A stretch of DNA of 64,000 nt. Origin: Vicinamibacteria bacterium (GTDB taxonomy: Bacteria > Acidobacteriota > Vicinamibacteria > Marinacidobacterales > Marinacidobacteraceae). The notes below the pieces were generated by a model. That model made no database searches. It worked only from the letters and a program-made list of their open reading frames with translations, and was not told the origin of the DNA. Shown here one piece after another: positions 9,650 to 19,807 of the stretch (its first letter is position 1; every line of letters begins with the position of its first letter). The stretch is from the NCBI GenBank assembly GCA_963668695.2, contig CAXXLQ010000004.1:2912001-2976000 (forward strand). Direction: 5' to 3'. The translations under genes were made by a program, and so were the position numbers.

Positions 9650-10281
9650 GTTGGATGTCTTCCTGGTGGGCGGTGCTTGGGCCTTTCGTGACGACGGGTC
9701 TCGTCGTTTATGGCGCCTTTCGGTTCGCGGTTCGGCCAGGAATGGTTGCGGAACTCAAACGCGTCGAGGATCAGGTGGCGGAGTTGAGGGTGCGAGTTGC
9801 TACGGACGGGGCGGAGGGTTCGGATCCCGACATCGAGGGATCCGCCGAAGTCGCCGAGGAACTGGTTCGAACCCAGGAGCGGGTCACGGCCCTGGCGGGC
9901 ATCCTGGCGACTCCGAGGGAAGCCGAGGCCGTTCTGGAATCGCTCGGCTTCATGGCCTCGGAGTCGGGAGTCCGATTTCTGCGCTTTGCGCCGGAACCCG
10001 AGTACCGATTGGACGGATATCTTGCCCGCGCCGCTTCGGTGGTGGCCGAAGGGGCGTTCTTCGAAGTCCTGGACTTCTTCGAACGGGTTTCGCTCTCGCC
10101 CCATTTGGTCCTGGTCGAGGACGCTGGGCTCGAGCTGGGCCCGGGCGGCGTCATTCGCTGCCGCTTCGTGGCCGTTACCGTGCGGGTCGCCGGAGTCGGG
10201 CTCGGCTCGCGGCACGAATCAGCCCCGGTCGCGACCGGGGCCGATGCGGCAGGCCTGGGTGGCGGAGAGTCCGGATGCTGA
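9646..10281 (+). CDS. pilO: PilO-like protein
   Basis: TM segment, coiled coil, ..EGAFFEVLDFFERV..; position in the operon. Confidence 0.78.
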   Translation: MSWMSSWWAVLGPFVTTGLVVYGAFRFAVRPGMVAELKRVEDQVAELRVRVATDGAEGSDPDIEGSAEVAEELVRTQERVTALAGILATPREAEAVLESLGFMASESGVRFLRFAPEPEYRLDGYLARAASVVAEGAFFEVLDFFERVSLSPHLVLVEDAGLELGPGGVIRCRFVAVTVRVAGVGLGSRHESAPVATGADAAGLGGGESGC

Positions 10282-10736
10282 ATGGTGCATCGCTCCGGAG
10301 AGGAGCCCTGATCCTCTTGCTTGTCGGACTTCCCGGGTTCGCGGAGGGTCGCGAGGGAGGCCCGGCGCATCGCTCGCAGGTCCGGAGAACGCGCGAGGAG
10401 CGAGTTCGCGATCCATTTCAAAAGCCGGCTGAGGGGCCCGACACGGCGCGCCCTCCCGGACTTGCCGGCATCGGGATCATGGAAGCGGTGGTTCGGGGGA
10501 TCGTGCGCTACCAGGAGCCCTCGGGCGGCGAAGAGGAGACCGGAGCATCCGGCTACGCGATTCTCGAGTCACGATCCGGAGGGGGATTCGTTGCCGCGCC
10601 GGGAGGTCGTCTCCTGGACGGAGTTTTGGGCGAGATCGTGGACGGCGGAGTCATTTTCTGGCTTGAAGGCGATCCGCACCGCCCCGTTCATCGGCCCCTC
10701 GCGGCGCCAGGGGCGGATCCCCCGGAGGTCCGATGA
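10275..10736 (+). CDS. pilP: PilP-like protein
   Basis: Signal peptide, RDPF motif, beta-rich C-terminus; lies between pilO and pilQ. Confidence 0.65.
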   Translation: MLNGASLRRGALILLLVGLPGFAEGREGGPAHRSQVRRTREERVRDPFQKPAEGPDTARPPGLAGIGIMEAVVRGIVRYQEPSGGEEETGASGYAILESRSGGGFVAAPGGRLLDGVLGEIVDGGVIFWLEGDPHRPVHRPLAAPGADPPEVR

Positions 10737-12547
10737 GATATCCGACGAAGCGCTCGGGATCGCTGCTGCGGTCCGGTTTCGCGCTCTGGGTCCTCGTGGG
10801 CCCGGGCGCGCACCCGGCTTCCGCAGCTGGCGCCCGAACGACGCAGGTTCTGGTCGCCGCATCTCAACCGGCGGTAACCGGGTTACAGGTTCATCCGGGG
10901 GAGGGCGAAACCAGTCTCCGGTTCCTCACCAACGGGAAGTTGCATGCGCCTGCCGCAGTGCGGTTGCAGGACCGATTCCAGGTGCTGATGCCGGGGGTGG
11001 ATCTTTCGGCGGTGGTTGGATCCTGGGGCATTGGAACGCCCGAGATCCTTGAGGTGCGGGTATCCGCGGACGAGACGGAGGGCATCACCGTGGAGGCGGC
11101 TCCCGGGGTTGTCTGCGACCCTTCGCTCTTCGAAGGCGGCCTTGAGATTTCGTGCCTTGCGCCGCCCTCGGAGAGTGAGGAGGGCGGCGCCGATGGCGAG
11201 ACCCCCCGCGGGGTGGCGGGCGCCGGGGAACCGCGGGTCAGTCTCGATTTTCGGGACGCGGATCTCCGGGACGTGCTCCGCGTGCTGAGCGAGGTCAGCG
11301 GACTCGATTTCGTCCTGCAACCCGGGGTGTCGGGCCGGGTCTCGGTCCGGCTGACCGAGATTCCGTGGGACCGGGCGCTGGAGCTGATCCTCCGCTCGCA
11401 GCGCCTCGGACACGTCCTTGAAGGGGGCGTTCTGCGCGTGGGCCCGTCAGCCGAACTTGCGGCCGAACATACGGAACGGCGGCGGCAGGAGGAACAGCGC
11501 GAGCTTGCCGGCGAGCTGATGACCTTCACTCGCAACCTGGCGTACGTGCGCCCGGAAGAGGTCAAGGAACTGCTCGAAAGCCGGTTGAGCGAGAGAGGGT
11601 CGCTCATCGCCGACCAGCGCACGGGGACCGTCCTGGTGGCGGACGTGGAGAGTCGGGTTCGCGAGATCGAATCGGTGCTGGACGTGCTCGACATCCCGGT
11701 TCCCGGGGTGGAGATCGAAGCGCGCATCGTCCTGGCGACCCGGACGCTTACCAGAAGACTCGGAATCCAGTGGGGCGGGGGCCTCCTGCGCGAACAGACC
11801 GGCAAGAAACTGCCCCAGTCCTTTCGAATCGGTGCGGACGCGATCGGAGGAGCCACCTCATCGTTCTCCACGGGTAGCCCGGCCGGTGGCGTGTTGCCCG
11901 CCGCGAACGCTGACGGCGGGCGCCCGGGCTACGGCGTGAATCTCCCCATCAGTGGCGCCCCCACCGGAGCGCTGGGCCTGGCGCTGGGTGCGCTCGGGGG
12001 CGCGGCCCATCTCGACCTGGCGCTGACCGCCGCCGAGCGGAAAGGCGAAGTGAGGATCCTTTCGGCGCCGAGGATCGTCGCGCAGAACGGCTGGCCCGCG
12101 ACAATCAAGCAGGGAGTGACTTTTCCGGTTCAGGTGGTGGCCAACAACACAGTTACCGTGCAGTTCCGGGATGCGGTCCTGGAACTCACGGTAACCCCAC
12201 AGGTGAGTCCCGGGGGCACGGTCCTCCTGGATCTCACCGTGAGCAACGACTCGCTCGATTTCGGCCAGTCTGTCGGAGGAATTCCGAGCATCCTGACCCA
12301 GAGCGCCACGACCCGGATACGGGTCGCAGATGGAGAGACGACGGTGCTCGGAGGTGTCTTCGCCACGCAGGAGGCGCAGGCTCGGGGCCGGGTACCGGGG
12401 CTGCACCGAATCCCGCTGCTGGGGCACCTGTTCCGATCGCGGGAGGAGAACCACCGCGATGAAGAACTGCTCATCTTCCTCACACCGAGAATTCGGTTCG
12501 TTGAGCGTGCCCGTTTGCCTGGCGCCGCCCCTCCGTCTCAGGGGTGA
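10733..12547 (+). CDS. pilQ: Type IV pilus secretin
   Basis: SLDFRDADLRDVLR, PWDRALELIL, VEIEARIV, LSAPRI, GETTVLGG, VPGLHRIPLLGHLFRS and ELLIFLTPRI. Confidence 0.93.
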   Translation: MRYPTKRSGSLLRSGFALWVLVGPGAHPASAAGARTTQVLVAASQPAVTGLQVHPGEGETSLRFLTNGKLHAPAAVRLQDRFQVLMPGVDLSAVVGSWGIGTPEILEVRVSADETEGITVEAAPGVVCDPSLFEGGLEISCLAPPSESEEGGADGETPRGVAGAGEPRVSLDFRDADLRDVLRVLSEVSGLDFVLQPGVSGRVSVRLTEIPWDRALELILRSQRLGHVLEGGVLRVGPSAELAAEHTERRRQEEQRELAGELMTFTRNLAYVRPEEVKELLESRLSERGSLIADQRTGTVLVADVESRVREIESVLDVLDIPVPGVEIEARIVLATRTLTRRLGIQWGGGLLREQTGKKLPQSFRIGADAIGGATSSFSTGSPAGGVLPAANADGGRPGYGVNLPISGAPTGALGLALGALGGAAHLDLALTAAERKGEVRILSAPRIVAQNGWPATIKQGVTFPVQVVANNTVTVQFRDAVLELTVTPQVSPGGTVLLDLTVSNDSLDFGQSVGGIPSILTQSATTRIRVADGETTVLGGVFATQEAQARGRVPGLHRIPLLGHLFRSREENHRDEELLIFLTPRIRFVERARLPGAAPPSQG

Positions 12548-12640
12548 ATTGGCGGCCCGCTGACCGGTCGGATTCGGGGAATCGCGCCCGCCCCTTGTGG
12601 TAGCGTTCCGGCCGTTGCGGGCCAAGCCCCGCTGCCACTC

Positions 12641-13108
12641 GTGCCCGCATCTTCGTCCAAAGAGCCGAACCTCGCCGACCTTCTGGAGGCTTTGGATCAG
12701 CTTGCCGGAACGGAATTCCACGAGGTGGATCTCCGCGTCGGAGGCGCCCGCCTGCGCGTCGCGCGGGGGCCGACCACAACCGCCGCCGGAGCGGTACTAC
12801 CGGCTGCGGTTCCCATGGCCCCGGCGGCCGGCGCCGACGACGGAGCGGCGGACGCGGCGGCATCCGGACTCAAGGCGATCATTGCTCCCATGGTCGGGAC
12901 GTTCTACCGTCGTCCCAGGCCCGACGCGGAGCCGTTCGTCAGTGTCGGAGATCGGGTCCGGAAGGGCCAGGTCCTGTGCGTCATCGAAGCCATGAAGCTG
13001 ATGAACAACATCGAGGCTGACGGCAGCGGCGAGGTTGTGGAGATCTTCCCGGAAGATGCCTCACCGGTGCAGTACGGAGACCGGCTCTTTGTGATCCGGC
13101 CCGCCTGA
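12641..13108 (+). CDS. accB: Acetyl-CoA carboxylase biotin carboxyl carrier protein
   Basis: APMVGTFY and EAMKLMN biotinylation motif. Confidence 0.95.
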   Translation: MPASSSKEPNLADLLEALDQLAGTEFHEVDLRVGGARLRVARGPTTTAAGAVLPAAVPMAPAAGADDGAADAAASGLKAIIAPMVGTFYRRPRPDAEPFVSVGDRVRKGQVLCVIEAMKLMNNIEADGSGEVVEIFPEDASPVQYGDRLFVIRPA

Positions 13109-13112
13109 ACGG

Positions 13113-14447
13113 GTGTTCGACAAAGTCCTCGTTGCGAACCGCGGCGAGATCGCGGTCAGGATCCTCGCCGCCTGCCGGGAGCTCGGCCTGCGAACGGTGG
13201 TGGCCTACTCGGACGCGGATCGCCACTCGCTACCGGTGCGACTCGCCGATGAACGGGTGTGCATCGGCCCGGCCGCCCCGAGTGAGAGCTATCTGGATGT
13301 CCCGCGCATCCTGACGGCCGCAGAAATCTCGGGTGCCGACGCCATCCATCCCGGCTACGGATTCCTGGCCGAGAGCCACGCCTTGGCCGAGGTCTGCGAA
13401 GCCTGCCGGGTGACCTTCATCGGTCCGCTACCGGAGAGCATCCGCACCATGGGCGACAAGGCGCTGGCGCGGCGGGTCATGCGGAAGGCCGGGATTCCGA
13501 TTCTTCCCGGGACCGAATCCGGGGTGTCGGGCGCGGAAGAAGCGGCGCGGATTGCCGGCGAGATCGGATATCCGGTCCTGCTGAAGGCCTCCTTTGGCGG
13601 GGGCGGGCGGGGAATGCGGATCGTCACGGCCGAATCCGAGCTGGCGCCGGCGCTGGCGTCCGCCGCCAGCGAGGCCCAGGCGGCGTTTGGGGACGCCGAG
13701 GTGTACGTCGAGCGGTACCTGCCGAGCGTGCGCCACGTCGAGGTCCAGGTCTTCGCTGACGCACACGGCGCCACCGTGCATCTGGGCGAGCGTGACTGTT
13801 CCGTGCAGCGTCGGCATCAGAAGCTCCTAGAGGAAGCTCCGGCGCCGGGCCTGACCGAAACCACCCGGAAGAAGCTCGGGGAAGCCGCGGTAAAGGCGGC
13901 GGAAGCGGTGCGTTATCGAAACGCGGGAACGGTCGAGTTCCTGATGGATCCTGACGGGAACTTCTTTTTCAGCGAAATGAATGTGCGCATTCAGGTAGAG
14001 CACCCGGTAACCGAAATGGTGACCGGACTGGACTTGGTGCGAGAGCAAATTCGGGTGGCTGCCGGCGAACCGCTTTCCTTCTCGCAGGAGTCCGTCCAGG
14101 TTGCGGGGGCCTCGATCGAATGCCGCATCAACGCCGAGGATTCGGAGCGGTTCATCCCGAGCCCGGGGACCATCACTTCCTTCCATAGTCCCGGCGGACC
14201 CGGGGTACGGGTGGACACGGCAGCGTACGCCGGGGCCGTCATCCCGCCCTACTACGATTCCCTGGTAGCCAAACTCATCGTGCACGGCGACGATCGGCCG
14301 CATGCCGTGGCGAGGATGCGGCGGGCTCTCGCGGAGATGGAGGTGGAGGGAATCCACACGACCCTGCCACTCCATCGTCGCATCATGGAGAGCGAGGAGT
14401 TTCTCGTCGGTGGCTTCGACACCGGGTTCATCGGACGTCTCCGCTGA
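13113..14447 (+). CDS. accC: Biotin carboxylase
   Basis: ANRGEIA, HPGYGFLAE, GGGGRGM, ERDCSVQRRHQK, RIQVEHPVTE and YYDSLVAK. Confidence 0.97.
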   Translation: MFDKVLVANRGEIAVRILAACRELGLRTVVAYSDADRHSLPVRLADERVCIGPAAPSESYLDVPRILTAAEISGADAIHPGYGFLAESHALAEVCEACRVTFIGPLPESIRTMGDKALARRVMRKAGIPILPGTESGVSGAEEAARIAGEIGYPVLLKASFGGGGRGMRIVTAESELAPALASAASEAQAAFGDAEVYVERYLPSVRHVEVQVFADAHGATVHLGERDCSVQRRHQKLLEEAPAPGLTETTRKKLGEAAVKAAEAVRYRNAGTVEFLMDPDGNFFFSEMNVRIQVEHPVTEMVTGLDLVREQIRVAAGEPLSFSQESVQVAGASIECRINAEDSERFIPSPGTITSFHSPGGPGVRVDTAAYAGAVIPPYYDSLVAKLIVHGDDRPHAVARMRRALAEMEVEGIHTTLPLHRRIMESEEFLVGGFDTGFIGRLR

Positions 14448-15189
14448 TCGGGGCGCGAGCGGGACCTACCCAAGGGCGGGGTCCTGGTGTTCCCGGGCTT
14501 TCTTCGCGGCAAGCCCCGTCTATCCCATCGTGGACGCGAGCCTCTTCGGTGACGGAGATCCTGGCCCGGTTCTCCGGGCGCTCGGGGCCGCCGGGATCAG
14601 ACTGGTTCAACTTCGGGGCAAGGGGATGCCGAGCGGAGCCTTCGTGTCCTGGGTATCAGCCGGAGTTCGCGCTGCTTCCGCGCGTGGGGTCCGGGTGCTG
14701 GTGAACGACCGTGCCGACGTCGCTCTGTTGACCGGTGCCGACGGAGTCCACCTCGGGCAGCACGATCTCTCCGCGAGGGCGGCCCGGAGGCTGCTGGGAG
14801 CCCGTGCCGTCATAGGCCTTTCCACCCACAATCGGGAGGAAATGCGCGCCGCCCGGCGCGAACCCGTCGACTATCTTGCCGTGGGACCGGTGTTCGAAAC
14901 CCCGACGAAAGCTGATTCCGCTCCCGTGGTTTCGCTGAAGGGCGTTCGGCAGGCACGGCGCCGCTACGAGGGACCGCTGGTTGCGATCGGCGGGATCAGT
15001 CAGTCCCGGATACGCGCGGTGCTTGCCGCGGGAGCCGACGCGGCCGCGGTGATCTCGGCAGTGTCCGGTTCCTCGCCCCGGGAAATCGCCGCTAGGGCGC
15101 GAGCGCTGCTGGCCGCGGCCGCAGGCGAGCCTCCGCGAGCGGGACCGGGCCGCGTGACTTTGTCCACAGGCTGCCAAGGAGAGTATTGA
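14410..15189 (+). CDS. thiE: Thiamine-phosphate synthase (start uncertain; C-terminus runs through a MITE remnant)
   Basis: VQLRGK, VNDRADVA, GVHLGQHD, GLSTHN, GPVFETPTK and AIGGI; the nearest in-frame start upstream of YPIVD is GTG 14410 inside accC. Confidence 0.85.
   Translation: MASTPGSSDVSADRGASGTYPRAGSWCSRAFFAASPVYPIVDASLFGDGDPGPVLRALGAAGIRLVQLRGKGMPSGAFVSWVSAGVRAASARGVRVLVNDRADVALLTGADGVHLGQHDLSARAARRLLGARAVIGLSTHNREEMRAARREPVDYLAVGPVFETPTKADSAPVVSLKGVRQARRRYEGPLVAIGGISQSRIRAVLAAGADAAAVISAVSGSSPREIAARARALLAAAAGEPPRAGPGRVTLSTGCQGEY
15141..15173 (-). mobile_element. Solo inverted MITE left-end remnant inside the thiE 3' end
   Basis: GGGCCGCGTGACTTTGTCCACAGGCTG is the reverse complement of the left end seen at 33905 and 23546. 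Confidence 0.65.
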
Positions 15190-16115
15190 TGTCGGGAAGA
15201 ATCCTGGATGGGAAGAGAATCGGTGCCGCGATTCGCGCCGATGCCGCCGAGGCGGCTCGGGAGTTTGCGCGTGGCGGTCGCCTCCCCGGGCTGGCGGTGG
15301 TGCTCGTGGGAGACGATCCTGCCTCCGCGATCTATGTGCGGGGAAAGATCAAGGCGTCGCGGGAGGTGGGGATCATCTCGGAGACTCATCGTCTGCCGGC
15401 GACGACGAAGGCGCCGGAACTGGCCGGACTGCTGGAGCGGCTGAACCAGGACGAATCGGTGGACGCGATCCTGCTTCAGCTCCCTTTGCCGGGGGGGCTC
15501 GATGCGTCGGAGTTCCTGGCCCGGATTCGTCCGGACAAGGATGTCGACGGTTTTCATCCCGAAAACGTGGGCCGGCTGGTGGCCAACCTCCCCGGCCCGA
15601 GCCCCTGTACCCCCGCGGGAATCATGGAGATGTTCCGCCGCGAAGGGATCGAGGTGCGTGGCTCCCGGGCGGTAGTGGTCGGGCGGAGCGACATCGTGGG
15701 CAAGCCCCTGGCGCTCCTGCTGCTGCATCAACACGCCACCGTTACGGTTTGCCACTCGCGGACGCGGGACCTCCCCGCGGTGTGCCGGGAGGCGGACATC
15801 CTCTGCACGGCGATCGGCCGGCCGGCGATGATTGGGGCGGACGCCATCCGCGAAGGTGCGGTCGTGGTGGACGTGGGGATGAACCGCGCCACTACCGAGG
15901 ATGAGGTGCGCGATTTCTTTGGAGACGATGACAAGCGGCTGGCCCGCTTCCGGAGGAACGGGTACACCCTGGTCGGTGATGTCCATCCGGTGGCGATGCG
16001 GGAACGGTCTTCCGCCTACACCCCGGTTCCCGGTGGAGTCGGACCACTCACCATCGCAATGCTGCTGGCAAACACCGTCGCTCTTGCCGCCGCCCGCCGG
16101 GCATCTTGCCCTTAA
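15189..16115 (+). CDS. folD: Methylenetetrahydrofolate dehydrogenase/cyclohydrolase
   Basis: VGDDPASAIYV, KDVDGFHP, PCTPAG, GRSDIVGKP and TPVPGGVGPLT. Confidence 0.97.
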   Translation: MSGRILDGKRIGAAIRADAAEAAREFARGGRLPGLAVVLVGDDPASAIYVRGKIKASREVGIISETHRLPATTKAPELAGLLERLNQDESVDAILLQLPLPGGLDASEFLARIRPDKDVDGFHPENVGRLVANLPGPSPCTPAGIMEMFRREGIEVRGSRAVVVGRSDIVGKPLALLLLHQHATVTVCHSRTRDLPAVCREADILCTAIGRPAMIGADAIREGAVVVDVGMNRATTEDEVRDFFGDDDKRLARFRRNGYTLVGDVHPVAMRERSSAYTPVPGGVGPLTIAMLLANTVALAAARRASCP

Positions 16116-16121
16116 CAGCCT

Positions 16122-16730
16122 GTGCTTCGGATCGGTCTCACTGGCGGGATCGCCTCCGGGAAAACGACGGTACGCCGGGTTTTCGAGCGCACCGGCATCC
16201 CCATGCTCGATGCGGACGCGCTGACGCACGAGTTCTTTCTTCCTGGCGGCGAACTGGTGGAAGCGATTGCGAGCCACTTTGGTCCCGACGTGATCGCCCC
16301 GGGGGGCGGCATCGAAAGAAAGATTCTGGGGGCTCGAGTCTTTGCCAACCCCGCGGAGCGGGGATGGCTGAACAACGTGGTGCATCCGCGGATCTGGGAG
16401 CGGATCGGCGCTTTTCTGGATGAGTGCGAACGGCGGGGAAGAGGGGTCGCCGGCATCGAGGCCGCGCTCATGGTGGAGACCGGTAGCGCGGCGAACTACG
16501 ACCGGATCGTCGTTGTCGTCTGCCGTCCGGAACAGCAGTTCGAGCGCCTCACGGCCCGCTCCGGGATGAGCCCGGAAGAGGCTCGTCTGCGTCTCGCCGC
16601 CCAGATGGATCCCGTAGAGAAAGCAGGGCAGGCCGATGACCTGGTGGATGCGTCCGGAACCCTGGAGGAGACCGAAGCAGCGGCCGGAGCGCTCGCCCAC
16701 GCACTCCTCGCGCGCGCTGCGGGGGCGTGA
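16122..16730 (+). CDS. coaE: Dephospho-CoA kinase
   Basis: GLTGGIASGKT, DAD, VHPRI and RLAAQM. Confidence 0.95.
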   Translation: MLRIGLTGGIASGKTTVRRVFERTGIPMLDADALTHEFFLPGGELVEAIASHFGPDVIAPGGGIERKILGARVFANPAERGWLNNVVHPRIWERIGAFLDECERRGRGVAGIEAALMVETGSAANYDRIVVVVCRPEQQFERLTARSGMSPEEARLRLAAQMDPVEKAGQADDLVDASGTLEETEAAAGALAHALLARAAGA

Positions 16731-16750
16731 CCGCCCGCGGGGCCAGCTAG

Positions 16751-17257
16751 CAGCCGGTGGTGAAACCCACGCGGCCCAGTTCTCCCGGTGGGGGCTCGGC
16801 CGGCGATCCATCCCGGCCAAACAGCCGGTGGTGGAACCCACGCGGCGTTCGGCCGGCGATCCATCCCAGCCAAACAGCCGGTGGTGGAACCCACGCGGCG
16901 TTCGGCCGGCGATCCATCCCAGCTGAACCGCGTCGCTTCGCGCCGCTCATCGTTGCGTTTCGGTCGGAAAACACCCGGGCCAGTTCTCCCGGTGGGGGCT
17001 CCTCCCTCACGCGCCTTGTCAGCCGGGCGCCTCGCCCCCACCGGGAGGACTGGCCAACCTCGGCGCTCACGTGGGTTCCACCACCGGCTGTTCACCACTC
17101 CGCTTCGCTGCGTTTTGCGTTGCGTTTCGGCCGGAAAACACCCGGGCCAGTTCTCCCGGTGGGGGCTCCTCCCTCACGCGCCTTGTCAGCCGGGCGCCTC
17201 GCCCCCACCGGGAGAACTGGCCGCTCTCGGCGCTCACCCGGGTTCCACCACCGGCTG
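16751..17257 (+). mobile_element. Compound MITE copy (three left modules, two cores and two right ends; five 18-bp inserts)
   Basis: CTAG|CAGCC...GGCTG|CTAA; internal left ends at 16822 and 16875, internal right end at 17090; the right flank is the kdsC stop codon. Confidence 0.88.
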
Positions 17258-17860
17258 CTAACCCCAGAAGCGGAACAGGGCGTCGTCGAGCAGTCCCCGA
17301 GCGTCGAGGATCCGTTCGATGATCTGCCGAACGGCGCCCCGGCCACCCGGAGCGTCAGCGACGAAGTGGACGCATTCCAGCACCGCCGGGTGGGCGTCGG
17401 CCGGTGCGGCGGCAAACCCTGCCCTCCGGAGGGCAGGTAAGTCCTGAACGTCATCACCCACAAAGGCAACCTGCTCCGGCGTCAGGCCGAAAGCGACGCA
17501 CGCTTCCTCAAAGGCCCGGCCCTTGTCGAAGCAGCCTTCCCGGAGGAAATCCAGAGACAGCTCGGCGGCGCGCCCCCTGACGACACCGGAGCGGCGCCCG
17601 GTCACGAAACCGAGACGTAGTCCGCTCTTCTTGGCCATCACGAGCCCCAGCCCGTCGCGGGAATGGAATCGCTTGCGCTCCGGAACCCCGGCGTCCTCGT
17701 CGCCCGGCTCGAAGGTCCCGTCGGTCAGCACGCCGTCCACGTCAAGCAGCACCGCTTTGATGGCCGCCGCCCGCCGCGCCACCGGATCGTTTCCAGGAGG
17801 CGCGTTGGCCGTGGCGACGGGCTGAGAGGGGTCGGTTCGGCCGGAGTGCGTCCTGGGCAC
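17258..17860 (-). CDS. kdsC: KdsC-family HAD phosphatase (KDO 8-P phosphatase)
   Basis: LDVDGVLTDG, RDGLG, VGDDVQD and GGRGAVRQ. Confidence 0.88.
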   Translation of the reverse strand: MPRTHSGRTDPSQPVATANAPPGNDPVARRAAAIKAVLLDVDGVLTDGTFEPGDEDAGVPERKRFHSRDGLGLVMAKKSGLRLGFVTGRRSGVVRGRAAELSLDFLREGCFDKGRAFEEACVAFGLTPEQVAFVGDDVQDLPALRRAGFAAAPADAHPAVLECVHFVADAPGGRGAVRQIIERILDARGLLDDALFRFWG

Positions 17861-17874
17861 CGAAGCTCGGCCGG

Positions 17875-19542
17875 TCAGCCGATGGCGGCGGCGGCCGCGA
17901 CTACCGGCAGGTCTTTCGCTACCCGCTGTTCCCGGTTCCGCAGGGCGGCTCCGATGAAATCGCTGAAAAGCGGATGCGGACGGAGCGGGTTCGACTGGAA
18001 CTCCGGATGGAACTGAACCGCGAGGAACCAGGGATGGTCGGGAATTTCGGCGATTTCGTAGAACCCGTCCTCCGTGAGGCCGGTGAACTTCATCCCTCGG
18101 GATTCGACGAGGTCCGTGTAGCCGCGCTCGAATTCGTAACGGTGCCGGTGGCGCTCACTGATGCGGGTTGCGCCATAGGCTCGCGCCGCCAGCGAACCCT
18201 CCCGCAGGATGCAGGTTGCCGCGCCCACCCGCATCGTCCCGCCCATCTGCTCGACGCCTTCGAGACCGCGCAACAACTGGAAGACCTGATGCTCCGCGTC
18301 CGGATCGAGTTCCTGGGTGCTCGCCCCGGCGAGTCCGCATTCGGAGCGCGCGAACTCCACCACCGCCCACTGGAACCCGTAACAGATTCCGAAAAACGGA
18401 ACCCCCTCGATTCGGGCTCTGCCGGCGGCCGCCGCCATCCCCTCGGTTCCTCGAGAGCCGAATCCCCCGGGCACGAGGACGCCGTCGCAGTTATCCAGCG
18501 AGGAAAGATCGCCGTTCTGGAGGCTCTCGGCTTCCACCCAGCGGATTTCCACCCGGGCGGCATGCGGGACTCCTCCGTGCACCAGGGCTTCGCTGAGGCT
18601 CTTGTACGAGTCCGCGAGTTCGACGTACTTGCCCACCACCCCGATCCGGACATCTCGCGTCCCCGCCCCGAGACGCTCCACCAGATCTTTCCAATCGGTC
18701 AGCTCCCGTGCCCGCGAAGGGAGGCGGAAATGTTCGAGGACGCGGCTGTCCACCCCCTCGGCCGCCAGGTTCAGGGGGACTTCGTACACGGAGCCTGCGT
18801 CCACGGCGGTAAAGACGGCGTCGCGCGCGACCGAGGTGTGCAAAGCGATCTTGGCCTTTACGTCGGCGGGCAGCCTCTCTGCGGCGCGGCACAGGAGTAC
18901 ATCGGGTTGGATCCCGATCGCCCGTAGTTCGCGGACACTGTGCTGGGTGGGCTTGGTCTTGTACTCGCCGGCCGTCGCGATCATCGGGACGAGAGTCAGA
19001 TGCAGAAAGCAGACCCGAGTCGGACCCGCGTCCAGCCGGAACTGGCGGGCCGCTTCCAGAAAGGGTTGTCCCTCGATGTCACCCACCGTGCCGCCGATCT
19101 CGATGATGACAACGTCGGCCCCGTCGTCGGCGACCGCAATCACCCGGCGCTTGATTTCGTCGGTGACGTGGGGAATTACCTGCACGGTGGCTCCCAAATA
19201 GCCGCCTTGCCGCTCGCGCTCGATAACGGTCTCGTAGATCTGGCCGCTCGTGACGTTCGAAAGCGCCGAGAAGGCGCTGCCGGTGAATCGCTCGTAGTGG
19301 CCTACGTCAAGATCCGTTTCGGCGCCGTCGTGGGTCACGAAGACCTCGCCGTGCTGGTACGGGCTCATGGTGCCCGGGTCCACGTTCAGGTACGGGTCGA
19401 ACTTGAGGAAAGTGACCGAGTACCCCTGAGATTTCAGCAGCCGTCCGATGGACGCGGATGCGATTCCCTTGCCGAGCGAAGAGATCACCCCACCCGTAAC
19501 GAAGAGAAAGCGCGTCTTGTCGGGGAAGGAGGGGAGACTCAA
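17875..19542 (-). CDS. pyrG: CTP synthase
   Basis: TGGVISSLGKG, DPYLNVDPGTMSPYQHGEV, KTKPTQHSV, GICYG and QFHPE; TTG start at 19542 has an RBS (ATG 19575 is the alternative). Confidence 0.97.
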   Translation of the reverse strand: MSLPSFPDKTRFLFVTGGVISSLGKGIASASIGRLLKSQGYSVTFLKFDPYLNVDPGTMSPYQHGEVFVTHDGAETDLDVGHYERFTGSAFSALSNVTSGQIYETVIERERQGGYLGATVQVIPHVTDEIKRRVIAVADDGADVVIIEIGGTVGDIEGQPFLEAARQFRLDAGPTRVCFLHLTLVPMIATAGEYKTKPTQHSVRELRAIGIQPDVLLCRAAERLPADVKAKIALHTSVARDAVFTAVDAGSVYEVPLNLAAEGVDSRVLEHFRLPSRARELTDWKDLVERLGAGTRDVRIGVVGKYVELADSYKSLSEALVHGGVPHAARVEIRWVEAESLQNGDLSSLDNCDGVLVPGGFGSRGTEGMAAAAGRARIEGVPFFGICYGFQWAVVEFARSECGLAGASTQELDPDAEHQVFQLLRGLEGVEQMGGTMRVGAATCILREGSLAARAYGATRISERHRHRYEFERGYTDLVESRGMKFTGLTEDGFYEIAEIPDHPWFLAVQFHPEFQSNPLRPHPLFSDFIGAALRNREQRVAKDLPVVAAAAAIG

Positions 19543-19807
19543 GGGGTATGACTCCCTTTCCCGAACGCCCGCCATGCGGGACGTGATTCTACCAGAACAC
19601 GCCTTTCCGGCGGATGGCGCCCGGAGGGACCGTCCCAATGGGAGGGCGCGGGGGAGCGTCGGGTGCGGAGCCGTCCCGCTGTACTCCGTTGTTCGGTAGT
19701 GGTCCCGTCGGCGCGCCCAAAGCAATCGGTGGACCAGAACCCGACCCCTATTCGTCCGGCCAGAACTTTGAGAAGAAATCGCTCGCAATCTCGTCTGATG
19801 TCTTGGG

